Assembly (NCBI GenBank): GCA_051362555.1 | Contig: CM120646.1 | Location: forward strand, 12,772,001-12,836,000 | Direction: 5' to 3' | Length of the DNA stretch: 64,000 nucleotides | Source: Lingula anatina | Taxonomy: Eukaryota; Animalia; Brachiopoda | Part shown: in pieces, positions 1 to 13,663 of the stretch | Numbering within the stretch: position 1 is the stretch's first letter | Layout of the letters: each line of letters opens with the position of its first letter | The notes under the pieces: model-generated | Database searches by the model: none | Told to the model about the DNA's origin: nothing | What the model saw: only the letters and a program-made list of their open reading frames with translations | Position numbers and translations under genes: made by a program

Positions 1-1986
1 TCATGACGTTTCTTTACGTAGTTTCTTTCGCAAGGTGAAAATTTTTTATTCACAGGTTTATTTAGTGATGCACGCAAGTAAGAGTTGATAACTAATAATT
101 TTGTAATAACACCCCCAGGCAGAAATCTGAAATCACCGTTACTCAGTTCTCCTGCAAACAACGTTTTATTTATGCTAACTAGTATTGTCGCTCAGTCAGG
201 TTAATGATAAATCTTCAAAGACCAAGTTTCCTGTATTTTCAGGAAACCGAAATTTATATTTGGCAGTTTGAGGCCAAAAGGTATAAAAATTATTTCCTAG
301 AAAGACTTCTTCATATCAGAAGATATCAAGTCTTTCTGGGAAAATCCCACACCAAGAGCAGACTGAAAAGCTGGGAAGTAAGGATCTTAATGAATGTGCC
401 CCAGCCAGAGTCGATCTGCATCATTTCACACAATTATAAAGTGAGAAATTGTGCTAATCGAGAATCAGTAGCAGAAAGCAATTAGCATTAGTTGCAAGGT
501 AGAAGATTGAAGTTAGGCTAATTGTTGGTAAGACATGTTGAGTTCAGGGACTTGTTTAACAAAAGAGCTTTAGGGTGAAAATCGGTCTTAATTTTAAGAC
601 TAATCTTGAAGTTTGCAAATTTTACCCAATATAATTGTAATGAGAAATGGAGTCTGTTTGAAATCTAGGAAAACTTGGCTTTTTTTGCACAGAACCTTTG
701 GTTCATTTCATAAAATGGACTGGCATGGCAAGATTTGGAAGTGGTGTTTCCAGACTGATTGAATAGTGTTAACTCTATATAACCCTTATCATTAACTGAG
801 CATGTTTAGCTCAACACAAAAATTCAACTTTGTACAACTTAAAGCAGCAAAAGCAAGAAAAAGCCAAAACTTCACTGACATATTTGATATCTTTTTAAAT
901 TGGAGAAAACTTCAGCCATTGCCACTAGATGTTTTAATTATTATTTGGTCATATTTTTTTGTCCTGTGGTTTTTGTGGTTGTGGCTATTTTTAAACACAA
1001 AGCCACAATCTTAGGTTGGGCTGTCTCGTCAAAGCACTGGTATATCTGTAATGAGTTAATTTTTGGGTTGGAGTGAATTTTCAATCGTAAGCTAAAATGT
1101 CTAAAGGGATCATGTTATTGCCTGGAAAATATGGTGGCTGGAGAAAAATTGCATGTTTACAAAAACGAACTTGGGAAATGGTGTGTTTGCCTGGGTTGAT
1201 AAGTGAAGAATATTAAAGACCGGATCATAATTGTAGTGGGGAATTTGATACTAATTTAAAAAAAGAGAGAATTCTCCCTAATTTTCATCCTGTTTTTCTC
1301 ATAGGTGGTAATGTCAATCGGCAGCCGTATCCTGTTGCTCCAAATTTTCAAGTATTATGTCATTTCTCACCACTGTTAGTAACTCAGACACATCCTGGAA
1401 AGTGGTAAACATTTGTGTTACTTTGAGACATTGCCTAGAAAAACTGTTCTCGTTGAAAATTACCATGCCACTTCTCAAAATTTAATTTTCTTCCCTCTCA
1501 AGACTGGTCTGAAGACAAAGCCAGCAGGCTGCTACTTTTTATCTTAATTTGCTTGTCTAGCCAGTGTACTGGATCCGACTGGTTTTACCTTGTGCTTGCT
1601 CCACTTAACGCTATGCTAGAAACATAAAGTACAAAACAAAGTGGCAGAAAGGGAGATGGGATGTTTTACTAGGGATGGAGGGGGGGGGGGGGGGGGCTGC
1701 CATCATCTACTGAGATAAATTTCCAATTCGAAAGTTTGATGAAGAATAATTGATACAAGTGACCTGTCATTAATATAAGAAGTGAGACTCAGTTAATGAT
1801 GTTTGATTAAAAACAAAGCTTAAATTACGCCGCTGAACCATAAGACCATAAGGTCAGATGAATTACAGGGGTTATCTGATCAAGGTAATTAGTTAATTGA
1901 TGAGATAATTAGTAATATGAATATACACAGATCATTTGCATTTTATCATTGATCAGATTCATTCCAACACATCATTATAGTCGGAA

Positions 1987-2022
1987 ATGGCCTGTAGTCT
2001 TTCTTTGATGAGTTTTCTGAAG
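1987..2022 (+). CDS. Candidate first coding exon of the Ets1/2 gene (MACSLSLMSFLK)
   Basis: gaaATGG start context, 12 codons, then an AAG|GTAATG phase-0 donor matching the phase-0 acceptor at 8648. No homology support. A rival candidate exists at 1858-1884. Confidence 0.3.
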
Positions 2023-4192
2023 GTAATGTGTTCTATATCTCAGCTTTGTAATTATTATTTCTTTAGTTTCTGTCCACATTTTGAATGTGGAATTATAGAA
2101 ACAGCTAAGAAATAGTCTTTCGTGCATTATTACCCTACATCTCAGTACAATAAGGCGATTTTTTTTAGATTACCATAAGTCCAGTTTTGATGTATTACAA
2201 GGCCAATTTCCTAGAAATCCTGTACAAACCTAATGCAGTTAATTAATCTAGACATATATCCTTCATTAAAATCAAACATACAAGTGCATCAAGGTAAAGC
2301 TCTGTAAATAAGCGCAGATAGGTAAAGTGCCATTTTGAATTATTTTCAACTCTGAGATGTGGAGCGTTTCGTTGTCTAGAAAGTAAAGGTCCTGTGCATG
2401 TCATTTTGACATTGTTTAAATGATGTTGCAACTGAAAATGACCGGATATGATACTCTGTCCTGTCTTAATGGTTTGTCCCATGATATTGTGTGATTTAGG
2501 TCGATGGGGTAAGAAAAGTGTGTCATTGTGTGGGCAGGGGCAGGAAAGGGCGTCAGGTTTGCAGTGTCTGTCAGGTGATGTAACATCTCTTTGATGTTAA
2601 TTCGGCCACCCTTTCTCATACTTCATTCAAGGATCTTGTAGCGAATACCGGTACATTAAATGGCGGTGCAACACTAACACCTGAAATTTCTATTCTTTTC
2701 TGGGTGTTCAAGGCCTAAACTTTGTAGCTAAGGATATTTTGAATGGTTGTCCATATTATGACAGCTTCAAAGGTGACAACAGGCTATATCTTCTAGAAAA
2801 TCTTGGTTTTTGTCTGGCTGGTGGTCTCTTGAGAAATTGAGAAAGTAAAGTTCATATTTACCACAAGTAAAACTCCTTAATAATTTATGTAAATGATATC
2901 ACAATGTCAATGTAAGGGACATTAAAATGTGAAAATGGTTCAGTGTTGATTTGGCAAATATGCATGCTTGTACATATTCAACTTATATAACCTAATGATG
3001 CAGCTTTTTATGCCATTTGCATTTTTATCAATATAAAATGTTTCAAGGAAGTGTTTTGAGTGAATGAGATGGAGTATATTTTTAGAAGTACAAGAAAGAG
3101 GTTAAGATCCATTTTCACGGAGTATTTTGTTCCAATAACTAGCCCCTGTGTTATTCACAGTTCAAGTGGGATGTTGACCGTTAGGTGTGTATGGAAAGTG
3201 TTTGACAGCAAATTATACAAGTCAACAAGCCACCATTTGATGTTAGAATTAGATTCCCAAAGTTATCCTATGACGTATGATAAGATCAAATGTTTACACC
3301 TGAAGAAAAATCCCCACAGTAATCTGGTCCAGCCGGGGTAGGGTAGAAAGCAAATAAACCAAAAAGGTTCAGATGAAATCACAACAGGATTTAATTTTGT
3401 GTGCCAACTACTTTGAAGAATGACGTTGGTTTTGAGAATTGCTTTCAGGCCTGCTCTGCTCTGCAACTGCGACTGCGACTGCGCTCGCTCATGGCAAATA
3501 GAGCGATAAGATAATATCTGTTGACTCTTCTCTTGAGCTGCTAGTTGAGAGCAGTAAGACTGAAGCAGGGTCAGGACGGTTGTATCAGATACTGCTTGGT
3601 CTCTGCTGTAAGAACCAATGTCTTGATTGCAATCCTCTCTCAATATAATTCCACTGAAACATTGGTTATGTTTGTTGCTGAGTGGGCTGGATTCTTATTT
3701 TGGGGACAACAGGAGGTTGGACTACACATCCTGGTGTAAAAACTGAGATGATGTGGTTCAAACCGTTCTAAATGCAGAAGGGGACTGCTGTTTCACTGTG
3801 TCATTCCTCTTTTTACAGTCCAAATCTAATACGTGACCAAATATGGACTGCATGTGTGTGTCACTGTGTGTGTATGTCGCATATCTATATTCTTGTTATT
3901 CACTGTCTTCAGAGACACTATTTTCTTAATGAATTCATTATTTTCTCTCTCTCATTGCCACTCTTAACTTTGGACATGCGTCAGCAATTTTTATTCATTT
4001 TCATGTTTACGAACGTCGGGGGAAGATTATTTTTGCTGGTAAATGTTGGGTTTAGTTCAGGTGTAGTTTCAGTCTTAAAAAATGATGAATACGAGAGCTC
4101 TGCCTGATTTTGTGCACGTGCCTCAGTGCAGCATTTTATGCAAAGAGGATATTTCATCACCTATGAAAGTCTTCAATTGCCAGATTGGAGGA

Positions 4193-4418
4193 AATGTGTT
4201 TTATTTTTGTGTTCCACAGTCATTTGAATGCACAACAATGGACTTGATCCCCTTGTGTCTCAATGTTTTTTAGGGAAGATTAATGATATTTATTCCTGAA
4301 ATATGCTTTATTTTTGTGTTCCACGGACTTAATCTGAGGCACAATGATGGATTTGATCCCTTCTATCTCAGTATTTTTAGGGAAGATTATTGATTTCAGT
4401 TCCTAAAATATGTTTTAT
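4193..4418 (+). repeat. Old tandem duplication, ~2 x 108 bp
   Basis: TTTATTTTTGTGTTCCAC...TTGATCCC...TTTTAGGGAAGATTA.TGAT...TTCCT.AAATATG is repeated. Confidence 0.7.
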
Positions 4419-5398
4419 TTAAGTTTTGTTGTTTTTGTTATCAAATGTATGTGCTCATGCATGAATCTCACATGGAACTGGGAGTAAGTCAGTGAGAGGG
4501 GAGATTTAAAACTCCTGATTCGAGTGCTTTCCATCAAAAAGTAAATCAAGTGTGGCCGCTGAAAAGATATATAACAAAGTAGGGAGAAGTTGGACAAAAA
4601 CAACAACAGCCACCACAACAAAGAGCTTGAGATGATGGAACTGTTGCCCTAAAATTAACAAATATATAATAGGATATGAATTTTATTTCACTACATATTG
4701 TTTTTTAAAGAAAGTGATTTATTAAAGTTAAAAAAAAATGTACAAAGTTGGATACAGCATAACATAAGAGGCCCATGGTGAAGATAAATTTAAGAATTGC
4801 CTTTTTTTTATCATTATAAAATGAAGTAGTTTAAACTTATTAAAAGAAATAGCATATTTTCTAGAATTGTGGTCTAAGTAGAAGCATATAAAGTAACCAA
4901 TTGCATGTTCTGGGTTTTGTTATCACCACTAATTGCCCCAGCTGTGAAAGGTGTGTGTGTGTGCTTCTTGAACTGAACAGCAATTCTCCACAGTTATGGT
5001 GTCTGCGCTGGATTGAGGTGAGAACGATGGAGCCTGGAGCAGCTGTGTGGATTTTCTGTCATATCTTCTGGGGGCGTTTATAAAAACATGTTTTTTGAGT
5101 TAATTAAGTGTGGTTAGCTGCAAGGTAGCTTGTCCTTGTCAGAAAGAGAGAGAGAGTTTGGGGGGCCGGGGGGAGGGGGGGTAAAAATCATGTCTCTTTT
5201 GATTTTGAATTCGAGCAATCTCCAGGTCAAGCATATATGAAGAATTATCTATGATTGTTGTGGTTGAAAAATGTGGAGTAACCTTCTCTTCAACCCCAGC
5301 TGCTTACCACCCCCGTGTCAGAAGGATTGTAGAATTTTAAAACATGGCGTAATTTCTGTGGACTGTATTGAGATAAGTGGGTGTTGCACTCGAATATA

Positions 5399-5984
5399 CA
5401 GCAATGACTCGATCTTTTCAATGGGGGAAAATTGTGAATTTTACAGATACTGTATTTTTAAGTAATAATTTCTTAAAATAAGAGCATTCCTATTAAAGCA
5501 ATAATAACTCTTCGTTTCGGCCAAAAAATGAATTTTCCTGGAGTAAACAACAATTTTCCCATGCTTACCAATGGTTAATGAATCCATTTTTACATTCAAA
5601 GTTAGTCCTGGTTTTTTTCTAAAAAGTTTGGTTTTTTGTTAAAATCTCTTAAGAGATTTTAACAGAGTATAGACATCAGTGGAGGTCACGTGGTCTAAAG
5701 ACAAGTTCAAATATCAGGATAAAAGCTATAACTGCTGTTTTTATGGTAAAACAGAATATATTATATTTCTATGAGTTATTCACAAGGTTTTTATTGTGAA
5801 ATATAGGTCTCATACAAAGAGTTATTATGCCTTTAAGTGGTTGCAACAAAATTGAAAAGCAAACTCCCCAATAGTTCTATTGTATGCATTAAAAACAACA
5901 CAAATGCTATACAAAAATATAATTTTTATGATGTATCTGAAAGTTTGATGATTTTTGCCCATTGAAAAGATCGAGCCAATACCG
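5399..5984. mobile_element. Tc1/mariner-like MITE (TA-flanked), interrupted by a Kolobok-like MITE
   Basis: TIRs CAGCAATGACTCGATCTTTTCAATGGG / CCCATTGAAAAGATCGAGCCAATACCG with TA on both sides. Uninterrupted relatives at ~35237 and ~55657. Confidence 0.7.
5497..5832 (-). mobile_element. Kolobok-like (TTAA, AGG termini) MITE, reverse copy
   Basis: TTAA duplicated at 5493-5496 and 5833-5836. The body is the reverse complement of the copies at 25952 and 44414. Confidence 0.85.
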
Positions 5985-7177
5985 TATCCTTACCATTTGA
6001 AGTGATATCTGAATCTTTTTTTGTGTCTGTGTGGTTAGCATCTTTCTGCGGGCAGCTCTGTCTGCTTCTAGCGCCTTTCCAGTGTTGTCATTGTCATAGC
6101 TTAACGAGGCTCTACCATGTTATTATGTTGTATAGGGGGACTTTACTCCCTGTGACAAGTTCAACGCTTGCTCTCTTCCCACTTTTTAGGGGGAAGTTGA
6201 TGAGATTGACTATGTCAAGTAAGTGCGTTGGAAACGAGGAGGCGTGTCATTCATTCAAGCTGAGTGGATTTAGCGAGTCCCCCCAGAGTTGGGACGATCC
6301 ATGTAGACTGATGTTATCTATGGGAATGGGGTCTAAGACATTTGGCATATGTGTGTTGTCATTGATCAATGTAAATCGGTGTCACATCATCGAGAAAAGG
6401 TGGCATCTATGCCTGAATAAAAATGAGTCATAACTATGGGCTGTTTCAGCTTGCATGTTGTCCCTGTGACAATGATTTTCATTCTCTGTTTTTCCCTGTG
6501 GTGGTTTGTAATTTAATCCAGTGAGTTTATAATATGTTGATGTTAATAGCTCACAGCAAATACTATATGATATCAAATAGAACTGTTGTATCATTTGATG
6601 TTAAATGGGGCAGTGACATGATGTGAGGCAAGGTTTTTTACTCTTTTTCTCTGTCAAATGTGTCTAAAGTTTATAGGAAATGGAAAAAATATATTTCCTA
6701 GGTTCTACTCCAAAGTCAGAATTTTTTTTTTTTTGAAGAGATGTTTTTTTTCATGCTTACAAACTGTCAGTACAATTGTAGAATCAAAACAGATACTAGT
6801 ATAGAATTACACCAGCTTTTACTGCTTTTGTGCTGCTGCTGTTTGTTCCTTGATGAAAAACAAAAAACTTCCACATAGCCAAAGTTTGCTGAGAGGTGGG
6901 TAAACCAGTAATAATCAATTTTTCATGTATACCTGTGTTTCATTGCTCCAATATTGTATTACCATTTCAGCTTCTCTTTATCATTAAAAATGTTTACTCT
7001 TACTTTGACACCAGCGATCAAGGTCATGTTTTTATGTTTTGCTGTGAAGACTTCCCTGCAGTAATGTTGGTTCGATTTTCCTATACTTGACACACAATTC
7101 ATCAAGCCTGGCTGAACTGTAGTCTGAACAGTGTAAACAAGTCTTTTGCTAGGACCCTGTGTAAAATGTATATACGT

Positions 7178-7340
7178 AGCCATATTCACAGCAGCAGACC
7201 AACAGGTCTAAAGATCAAATATGGCGTCCCACTTAAAAGCTTGCGGTATAATCCTTTAATAGACCCTGAATAGATTCCCTGCAGGGATTACGCCATATTT
7301 GATCCGCAGATATGTTAGTCCACCGTTGTGAAAGTGGGCC
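7178..7340. mobile_element. Degenerate foldback MITE (family B-related)
   Basis: Imperfect ~48-bp inverted arms ending GATCAAATATGGCG. The core TAGAC.CTGAATAGATTCCC..CAGGGA is shared with 40169-40322. Confidence 0.55.
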
Positions 7341-8647
7341 ATGTCTGGCGTGATGGGTGTTGTCTGCTCTCTGTGTAGGAGTTCCGGCGCCAGGGCGACT
7401 CCCTACTTATTATGTAACGTCATAAATGGGATTGCGTCTAAGGCCGCAATCTTGTATAAAGATTTTTGTTAGTTCCAAGAGAGATTTTTCACTGTCCACA
7501 CAAGGGTTTTTGTCCTGATGTTCTTTGTTTGTGTTATTTCATTAAAAAATTGTCCCAGAAGGTAGAATTTATGTTGCGAATTGTTGTCAATAAAAAAAAA
7601 AATTATAGAATATGAGCCTGGTAAACCTGCATTTTTCTCATTTTATTGGAACTATTCCTAACAAATGAAATTTACAAAAATATACATATTGAAATAAGCA
7701 AGAGCCAATGTGTATTCTTAGGTATTTTGTAGGTGGAAAAGGTTAATCACCTTTGACGTTATGGTTTGAAGCCACTGCCTTTAGTTTTGTCATTGAAATC
7801 AGGATCCATGACATTTTAGCACTGTTGATATGTGATCTATAATATTTCTTTTATTAGCTCAACTCATAAACTATTCATGAAGGCAGGCTGTTGTTAGTAG
7901 ATCCATCATTGGTGGAATGTCTTGTTTTTAGTTGACAAAGAGCAAATTAAACTTGACCGACAGAACTTTATTGTAGGGTAAAAATCAAAAGAAAGTTTAT
8001 TCATTCGGATGTTGTACTGACTGTGTTTCTTTAAACCAATTAATGTTGTTGGCTGGAGTCTTGTTTTGTGAAAGGTTGAAAAAATTAATCTCCTTTTTTT
8101 GTTAAACTGGATATTTGATACGACTGTAGGCAATTTGTGTGGAATTGTAGAAATGATGAAAATGAATATAATCAGAGCAAGTTGTGCAGAGGCATACTTA
8201 TACAAGATATCTGAACTTCTGCTGTTGGCATTGTTTCTATTGATATTTCTAGTAGTGAGTTACTTTGATCCACTGGAAAAGCATTTATTTCTGTTGACTT
8301 GTCTGACAGTAAACAGTGTCTAAGTAGACCTTGACAGCTCTGATACTGTCACCTATAATAAACTAAAGACTGATGCTTCTCTTGACCAAGTTTCTATTTG
8401 TCACTTTTTTATTTCAAAACTAACCATTTAAAGTTTACTTTGTAAGGAGTGAAGGAAACATTTGGAATTCTCCAATGGTTGTGTTGCATATTATTGATAT
8501 TTATAAATTTATTAAGTTTGATTTATTCATCCTATGTCCTGCCATATTTGATTTACACATTTTAAGCTTGATATGGTTTATCTTTTTTTTGGAATTTTTC
8601 TGTCCAAATCTTGGAATATTTCAACCAAGTTTCTCCTTTTATTTCAG

Positions 8648-8789
8648 ACCTATGATGGAGAACTTGGCAAGGAGATAGAGCGCCTGAACAGCATGCTGCC
8701 CCCAGAGAACGATGACTGCTGCGTTCCAGGCTCCTTCGGTACCATGCAGAAGGTTCCCTCCATGAGCGACCTCTCAGACGAGAGTCTTG
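8648..8789 (+). CDS. ETS1/2: Ets1/2 (pointed-like) N-terminal exon TYDGELGKEIERLNSMLPPENDDCCVPGSFGTMQKVPSMSDLSDESL
   Basis: Pyrimidine tract plus tttcAG acceptor and G|GTGAGT donor. The phase-1 end joins exon 38551 to read MQKVPSMSDLSDESL-D-MPTPQVPPLTP, resembling from memory the region before the MAPK site in invertebrate Pointed-P2 proteins. Confidence 0.82.
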
Positions 8790-9094
8790 GTGAGTCCGTG
8801 CTTGGTTTTATATACCCCCTTCATTGTTTTATGTACAACAGGGTAGACATTGCCTTTTATTTGCTAGAGTGCTTGCAAAAGCTGGGAAAAATTGCCTAGA
8901 AAATTTATGCTGTAGACCATGCTTATTTATCTGTAAAATTTTGCATATTTGGGAAGGTATTCTCTACCCTTGTGCACTTCTGTATCCATCTGTTAAATTT
9001 CACTTTTATGCCACAAATTGCATTGATTGATTTTTCCAACATTGTTTATCCTAACTTCTTAGCATGGATGCTTGATTGTAGTTCTCAATTATGT

Positions 9095-9136
<42 letters not shown>

Positions 9137-12100
9137 CAGGAATGACAGACACTTACCTGGTCTTGAGGGGAGATCAGACATCCGTGTCTTAAAGTTAGGG
9201 CTATATATTTTATGTATTGTGTTTTATTTATTTTATTCATATTTGTCCGAGCCTACAAGAACAAGAGCTTGTTTCAAGAAAGGACTTAGAGATTGGTCTA
9301 AAGTTTTTGTCTGTTTTTACCCAAGACAAATCAGCACTTATCCAGTCCAATTAAGTGAAATATTGCACTTGTTTTATAACATGCAAAACACAGTCAATGT
9401 TTCTGGCCTCTGCTGTCTGTATTTCAGTTTCACTGGGCCCAGGTTTCACACACACAAAAAAAAGAAAATTGTCAGATTTCCTGGCTAAGAACTTAATTAC
9501 CAAGGTAACATGGTCACATGGGCATATCTTACCCTATCAGGAACAGTGCACTCTCTTGGAAATCGTAGTCAACTAAGCCAGGGAACTGACTCAAGTTTTT
9601 TGTAAAGCCTGGGGTTGTTTTGAACTGAAGTTGACAAAATTTTGGGCCTAAATGCTAGACCAGTTTACAGGCTTAAGATATGCAAGTTTAGAACATGCTC
9701 TAGGAATTGGTGTGCTGATGCAGCATCCTTGACAATCAATCATCATTGACCTTTTAATTTCCATCTACTGAGTCTGAGCCCTTTACAGTTTCTCATTTTG
9801 AATATTTTTATACTTGAGGTTTCAAACATTTAATTACCAGTGATCTTTTAGTTTATTAATTGGGTAGTTTAGAGAAAACAGGACACTTTTTAGGGGGGTC
9901 ATTTTTTATGTGATTTAATATTGAAAAAAAAATGATGGTGGATAAATAAATCAATGCAAAAAGATGTTCAGAAATCACTTAAGTTTTTTACAGCTTCCAT
10001 TTGATAATATATATCATCTTAAGATGATACATATTATGGTTTATGTACTTAAAATGGTTTATGCACTTAGAATGTTTTAAGATTATTTTTCTTCTTGCAA
10101 TTTGGTGCAAATGTTTTGATATATATATTGATTTGAAAGATTACAACAGATGAACATGCAGTAGAATGCGAAAGAATGGGATTATTTTCAGTTACTGTCA
10201 GTGTGAACATTTTATTGTGATATGTGTTAAACTCAATGTAAACATATTTGTAAGATAAACGCCTGCCTTACTTGGTCAATTTTGAATGGTTTACTTTATT
10301 ATGGATCTTTGGAGTTCCAGTAAAAGTGACAAAAATCTGCCAATGACTGGTTTGTGTACAGTAATTTGTTGATGAATTCAAACATAAATGTTTTGCTTTA
10401 TATATTTTTTAAAAAGAAATATTGACTCAAGAATTTTGAAAAATTATTGAGCTCAGTGTCAAAAAATAAGTTGTGAGTATCTAAAAATGATGAATCTAAG
10501 AAAATGTAAAAAGTTAGAAAAACTGAGGTGTTTAAAAAATGAAGTAGTTGTAGCACCATTGGTGACTGGTTTTGACATATTCACTGACCCATTTATGCCA
10601 CGGTCAGTGACTCCATTCAACCTCCACAGCCTACAGCAACAATGTGACAAATATTGCTCAATTTGGACGTCTTCTAATGTTCCTGCCTCGAGGGTTCACA
10701 AATATAGTCTCGGGTTTATAAATGGCACATAGGAAGTAGTGGACATGTACTCTGTGTGATAGATTGAGTAATTGTGTATGGAGGAGCCCGACTGTGCAGT
10801 CTGTGGACCCATAGATTCAGAAAACTTACACGGATTGTTGGCCATCTAACACGCGAGCGACGCAAATCGGGTTTCACTTTTTGAATTGAAGCCAAGCGTC
10901 AAACCCAAAAGATGCATAGCCAAAGTTATGCTTTGTAGATGTGCAGAAGACATGTAATTGAACTTTGTCTTGATTTCTTTGAGGTCATTGGGGCTTAGTG
11001 AACCTTTTTCTTCAAGTCATTGGCTAATTTACTGTCATCTCTGTGTAACATCACATTCAACTCATCTTCGACAATGGACAAAGTGACCCTGAAACTAACC
11101 AGTGACTTGTGTCAGATTGTATTTATTTTCTGTTTTGTTCTTAAAAAGGTTTTCTTTTTCTCTATAAGTCTGTTCTCAAACTTTTTTTAAAATAAAAAAT
11201 GTATTTTGTAAACATTGAGAATGTCCTTACATACCCTGACAAGAAAATGTCAACGTTTTATTAAACCTCATCATTCCAAGCATTAACCATACAGAGACAA
11301 ATGGCTCGCAAAGAAACCAGCACTATCAACGTGACTGCGACAAAGAATATTATAAATGAACAAGGCATTGTCCATGAATATTGAATTAGTTTTCTTTACA
11401 ATGGATGACTTAGAGGGACTGAGCTCTTCATGATGCCGTTAAGTACAGCATGGTGTGAGCATTAGCCATCTTCCTTGCTCGTCTTTGAAGCTGAATATAA
11501 TAAAATGTAATAACTGCCCATGCAGCTAATTTGTCACTTCAGCTGTAAAGGAAGCACTTCATCAAAAAGATGCTAATGCCATTATCCTTACTGTGGACAA
11601 ATGGTTGATTGCGTTCATTGGGAGACCTGCGTTGACAGAACAGCGTTAAAAGAACAGCGTAGCTCTGTGCTGAGATGGCATTGTGATGGTCTACACAAAA
11701 TAATGAGACTAAGAGTTCAACTGAGTCTCCATCAAATGACTATTTCCCGACCCACCCTTCCAGCCTCCTTCCCCTATTGAAAGCCACAGAAAGCCGCAGT
11801 CTGTGCGGGGGGGAATTTGAGTCGAGATCTTTCCCAAACTAGGCCAATTACTATGTTGCTGAATCTGGTTTGAATGTTATTAAATTTATATTTTATTTTA
11901 TTTTTTAGAGGGAGAAGGGGGGGGTCTGGTACTGTTTTGTTCTTAGGGAGCTGAGCCAGCTGTCAGAGAGGTTGGGAAACTGAGGCAGCTTTTCAAAGCA
12001 ATGGCAGTTTTCTCTGCAGAAAATTAACTTAACTTACAGCACCTGGTGGTGATAACTTACCGTTGCTACGGTAACCCATCAACCCCCAAGGCCTTTGGAG

Positions 12101-12566
12101 CTTTGCCAAATCTGATCATGTTGGGGATAAACATCAGGTTGGGCTGTGGAGAATGAAACTGCTTGGGCTGATGTAGCCTAAATCTTTAGAAATAATTGAA
12201 ATTTGTAGGGTAATTCAATCACAAAGATGGCTGAATGGTTTTTCTCTTCCTCCAACCTTTTCTGAAGCCTTTCGCCATATTTGATGCCCTTTACAGATCT
12301 AGTAAGCTGCGGTAATTTCTCACTAAATTTTTTCATTGCTCAGTTAATGATTTTTTTTAGGCTACATAATGACGTAGAGAAAAAAAATTGTTCTGTACAT
12401 CTTGAATATGGTTAATTTCAAGCCGAAATAGGTTCTTTTTCTTGAATGTTAGCACAACCCATCTCTCCTGAGATGGTCTTAAAACAGTTTTGTTTAACCC
12501 CTGCCTGTTTGGAACCTCTCTCTCATTAGTAACCTTTTTTTCTAATTTTGTTTCATGTCACTCTAA

Positions 12567-12779
12567 GACCCCATTCCCAGAGATTAGACCGATCCAACTA
12601 GTTCGACCTAACTCCCTGGGGGTTCACGCTAAATAGCTGTCAGCCAAGTGGGCACGAAAGTTAATTACCCCCTTACAGCTTGTAGTAGGCGGGACGGACA
12701 TTTAAGCCAGATTATCTGACAGTAACCTAGTGAGACTCCCCACGGGGATGGATCGATCTTAAATCTATGGGAATGCCCC
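12567..12779 (-). mobile_element. PIF/Harbinger-like MITE family A
   Basis: TAA on both flanks, termini GACCCCATTCCCA / TGGGAATGCCCC. Reverse complement of the 27072 and 57982 copies. Confidence 0.8.
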
Positions 12780-13431
12780 TAAAATTCTCGTTATTAAGGA
12801 ACTTTGTGTCATATAGGAGGACTTGTGTAACTAACTTTTTTTTGTGTGTGCGTCATCAGAATGTTGTAAAAGGTTACCGAGGAATTAACCTGTGATGTTG
12901 CAGGACTGTTGTCAAGAAAGACAATTAATATTTGTAACCTTTAGTTGAAGTATTTAAGAAAATGACTATCGCCTCATTAACACAACCAGTTTGACATGCA
13001 TGTACCTAGTTTGAAAATTCTAAAGTATGGGCCTTTCCCAATGTACCTATCATTCCACCTAGATCACAGGGACTCTCCTAATGAAATCATGTCAAAAGAT
13101 TAACACGCCTCCTCCTGGCATTGAGTAGAATACAAAATAGGTTGTGATTATACAAGTACTGTGGAAACAAGAGAAGATGTGTCATTCAAAAAGAAGGGTT
13201 TTTTTCCAATTACGGTAGAAACAAGAGAAGATGTGTCATTCAGTTAATAATCTGATTGCATTCAGGAAGTTTCCAGTGGATTTGGGTCGATCTTCATAGA
13301 ACAAGTTTTACTGGGAATGGACCCTATGTCTTTTACGTAGTATATTGTGTCATGTCAGCCTAAGGCAGATGAGTAACCACATATTACTCTGGGATATATA
13401 CATACTGTGGATGATAGCAACAGACTGTCAT

Positions 13432-13663
13432 ATTATTATCTTAGCGAAGGATGTCATGATTTGCGTTGGCGGTGGTTTGTTTGGTATCAGGATGTCTCAA
13501 AATTTTCTTTGCAATTTTTGGTGAAATTTTCTAGATAGAAGTTATTCAGCGTGGGAAAGAAGTCATTACTATTACAACCGAGCCCAGGTCTTTATTTAAA
13601 ATTTTTTTTAGTCTTTTTTTTTTTTCTTGGCAGGGAAATGCAGTCATGGAGTGCTTTGCAGTT
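13432..13663 (+). mobile_element. Degenerate copy of the short HINE-type element
   Basis: TTATTATCTTAGCGAAGG ... GTTTGTTTG ... TTTTGGTGAAATTTTC ... CTTGGCAGGGAAATGCAGTCATGGAGTGCTTTGCAGTT parallels 56809-57031. Confidence 0.45.

Noticed and set aside
6190-6217. 28-nt pseudo-exon (ttttAG ... TCAA|GTAAGT)
   Set aside because: Splice signals look good, but the frame that would join the phase-0 exon at 8648 contains a stop. At most a UTR exon, with no support.
204-8323. Many 60-143 aa ORFs in the ORF track here and in the other introns
   Set aside because: No recognisable domains, low-complexity or hydrophobic translations typical of AT-rich non-coding DNA, and no consistent splice signals.
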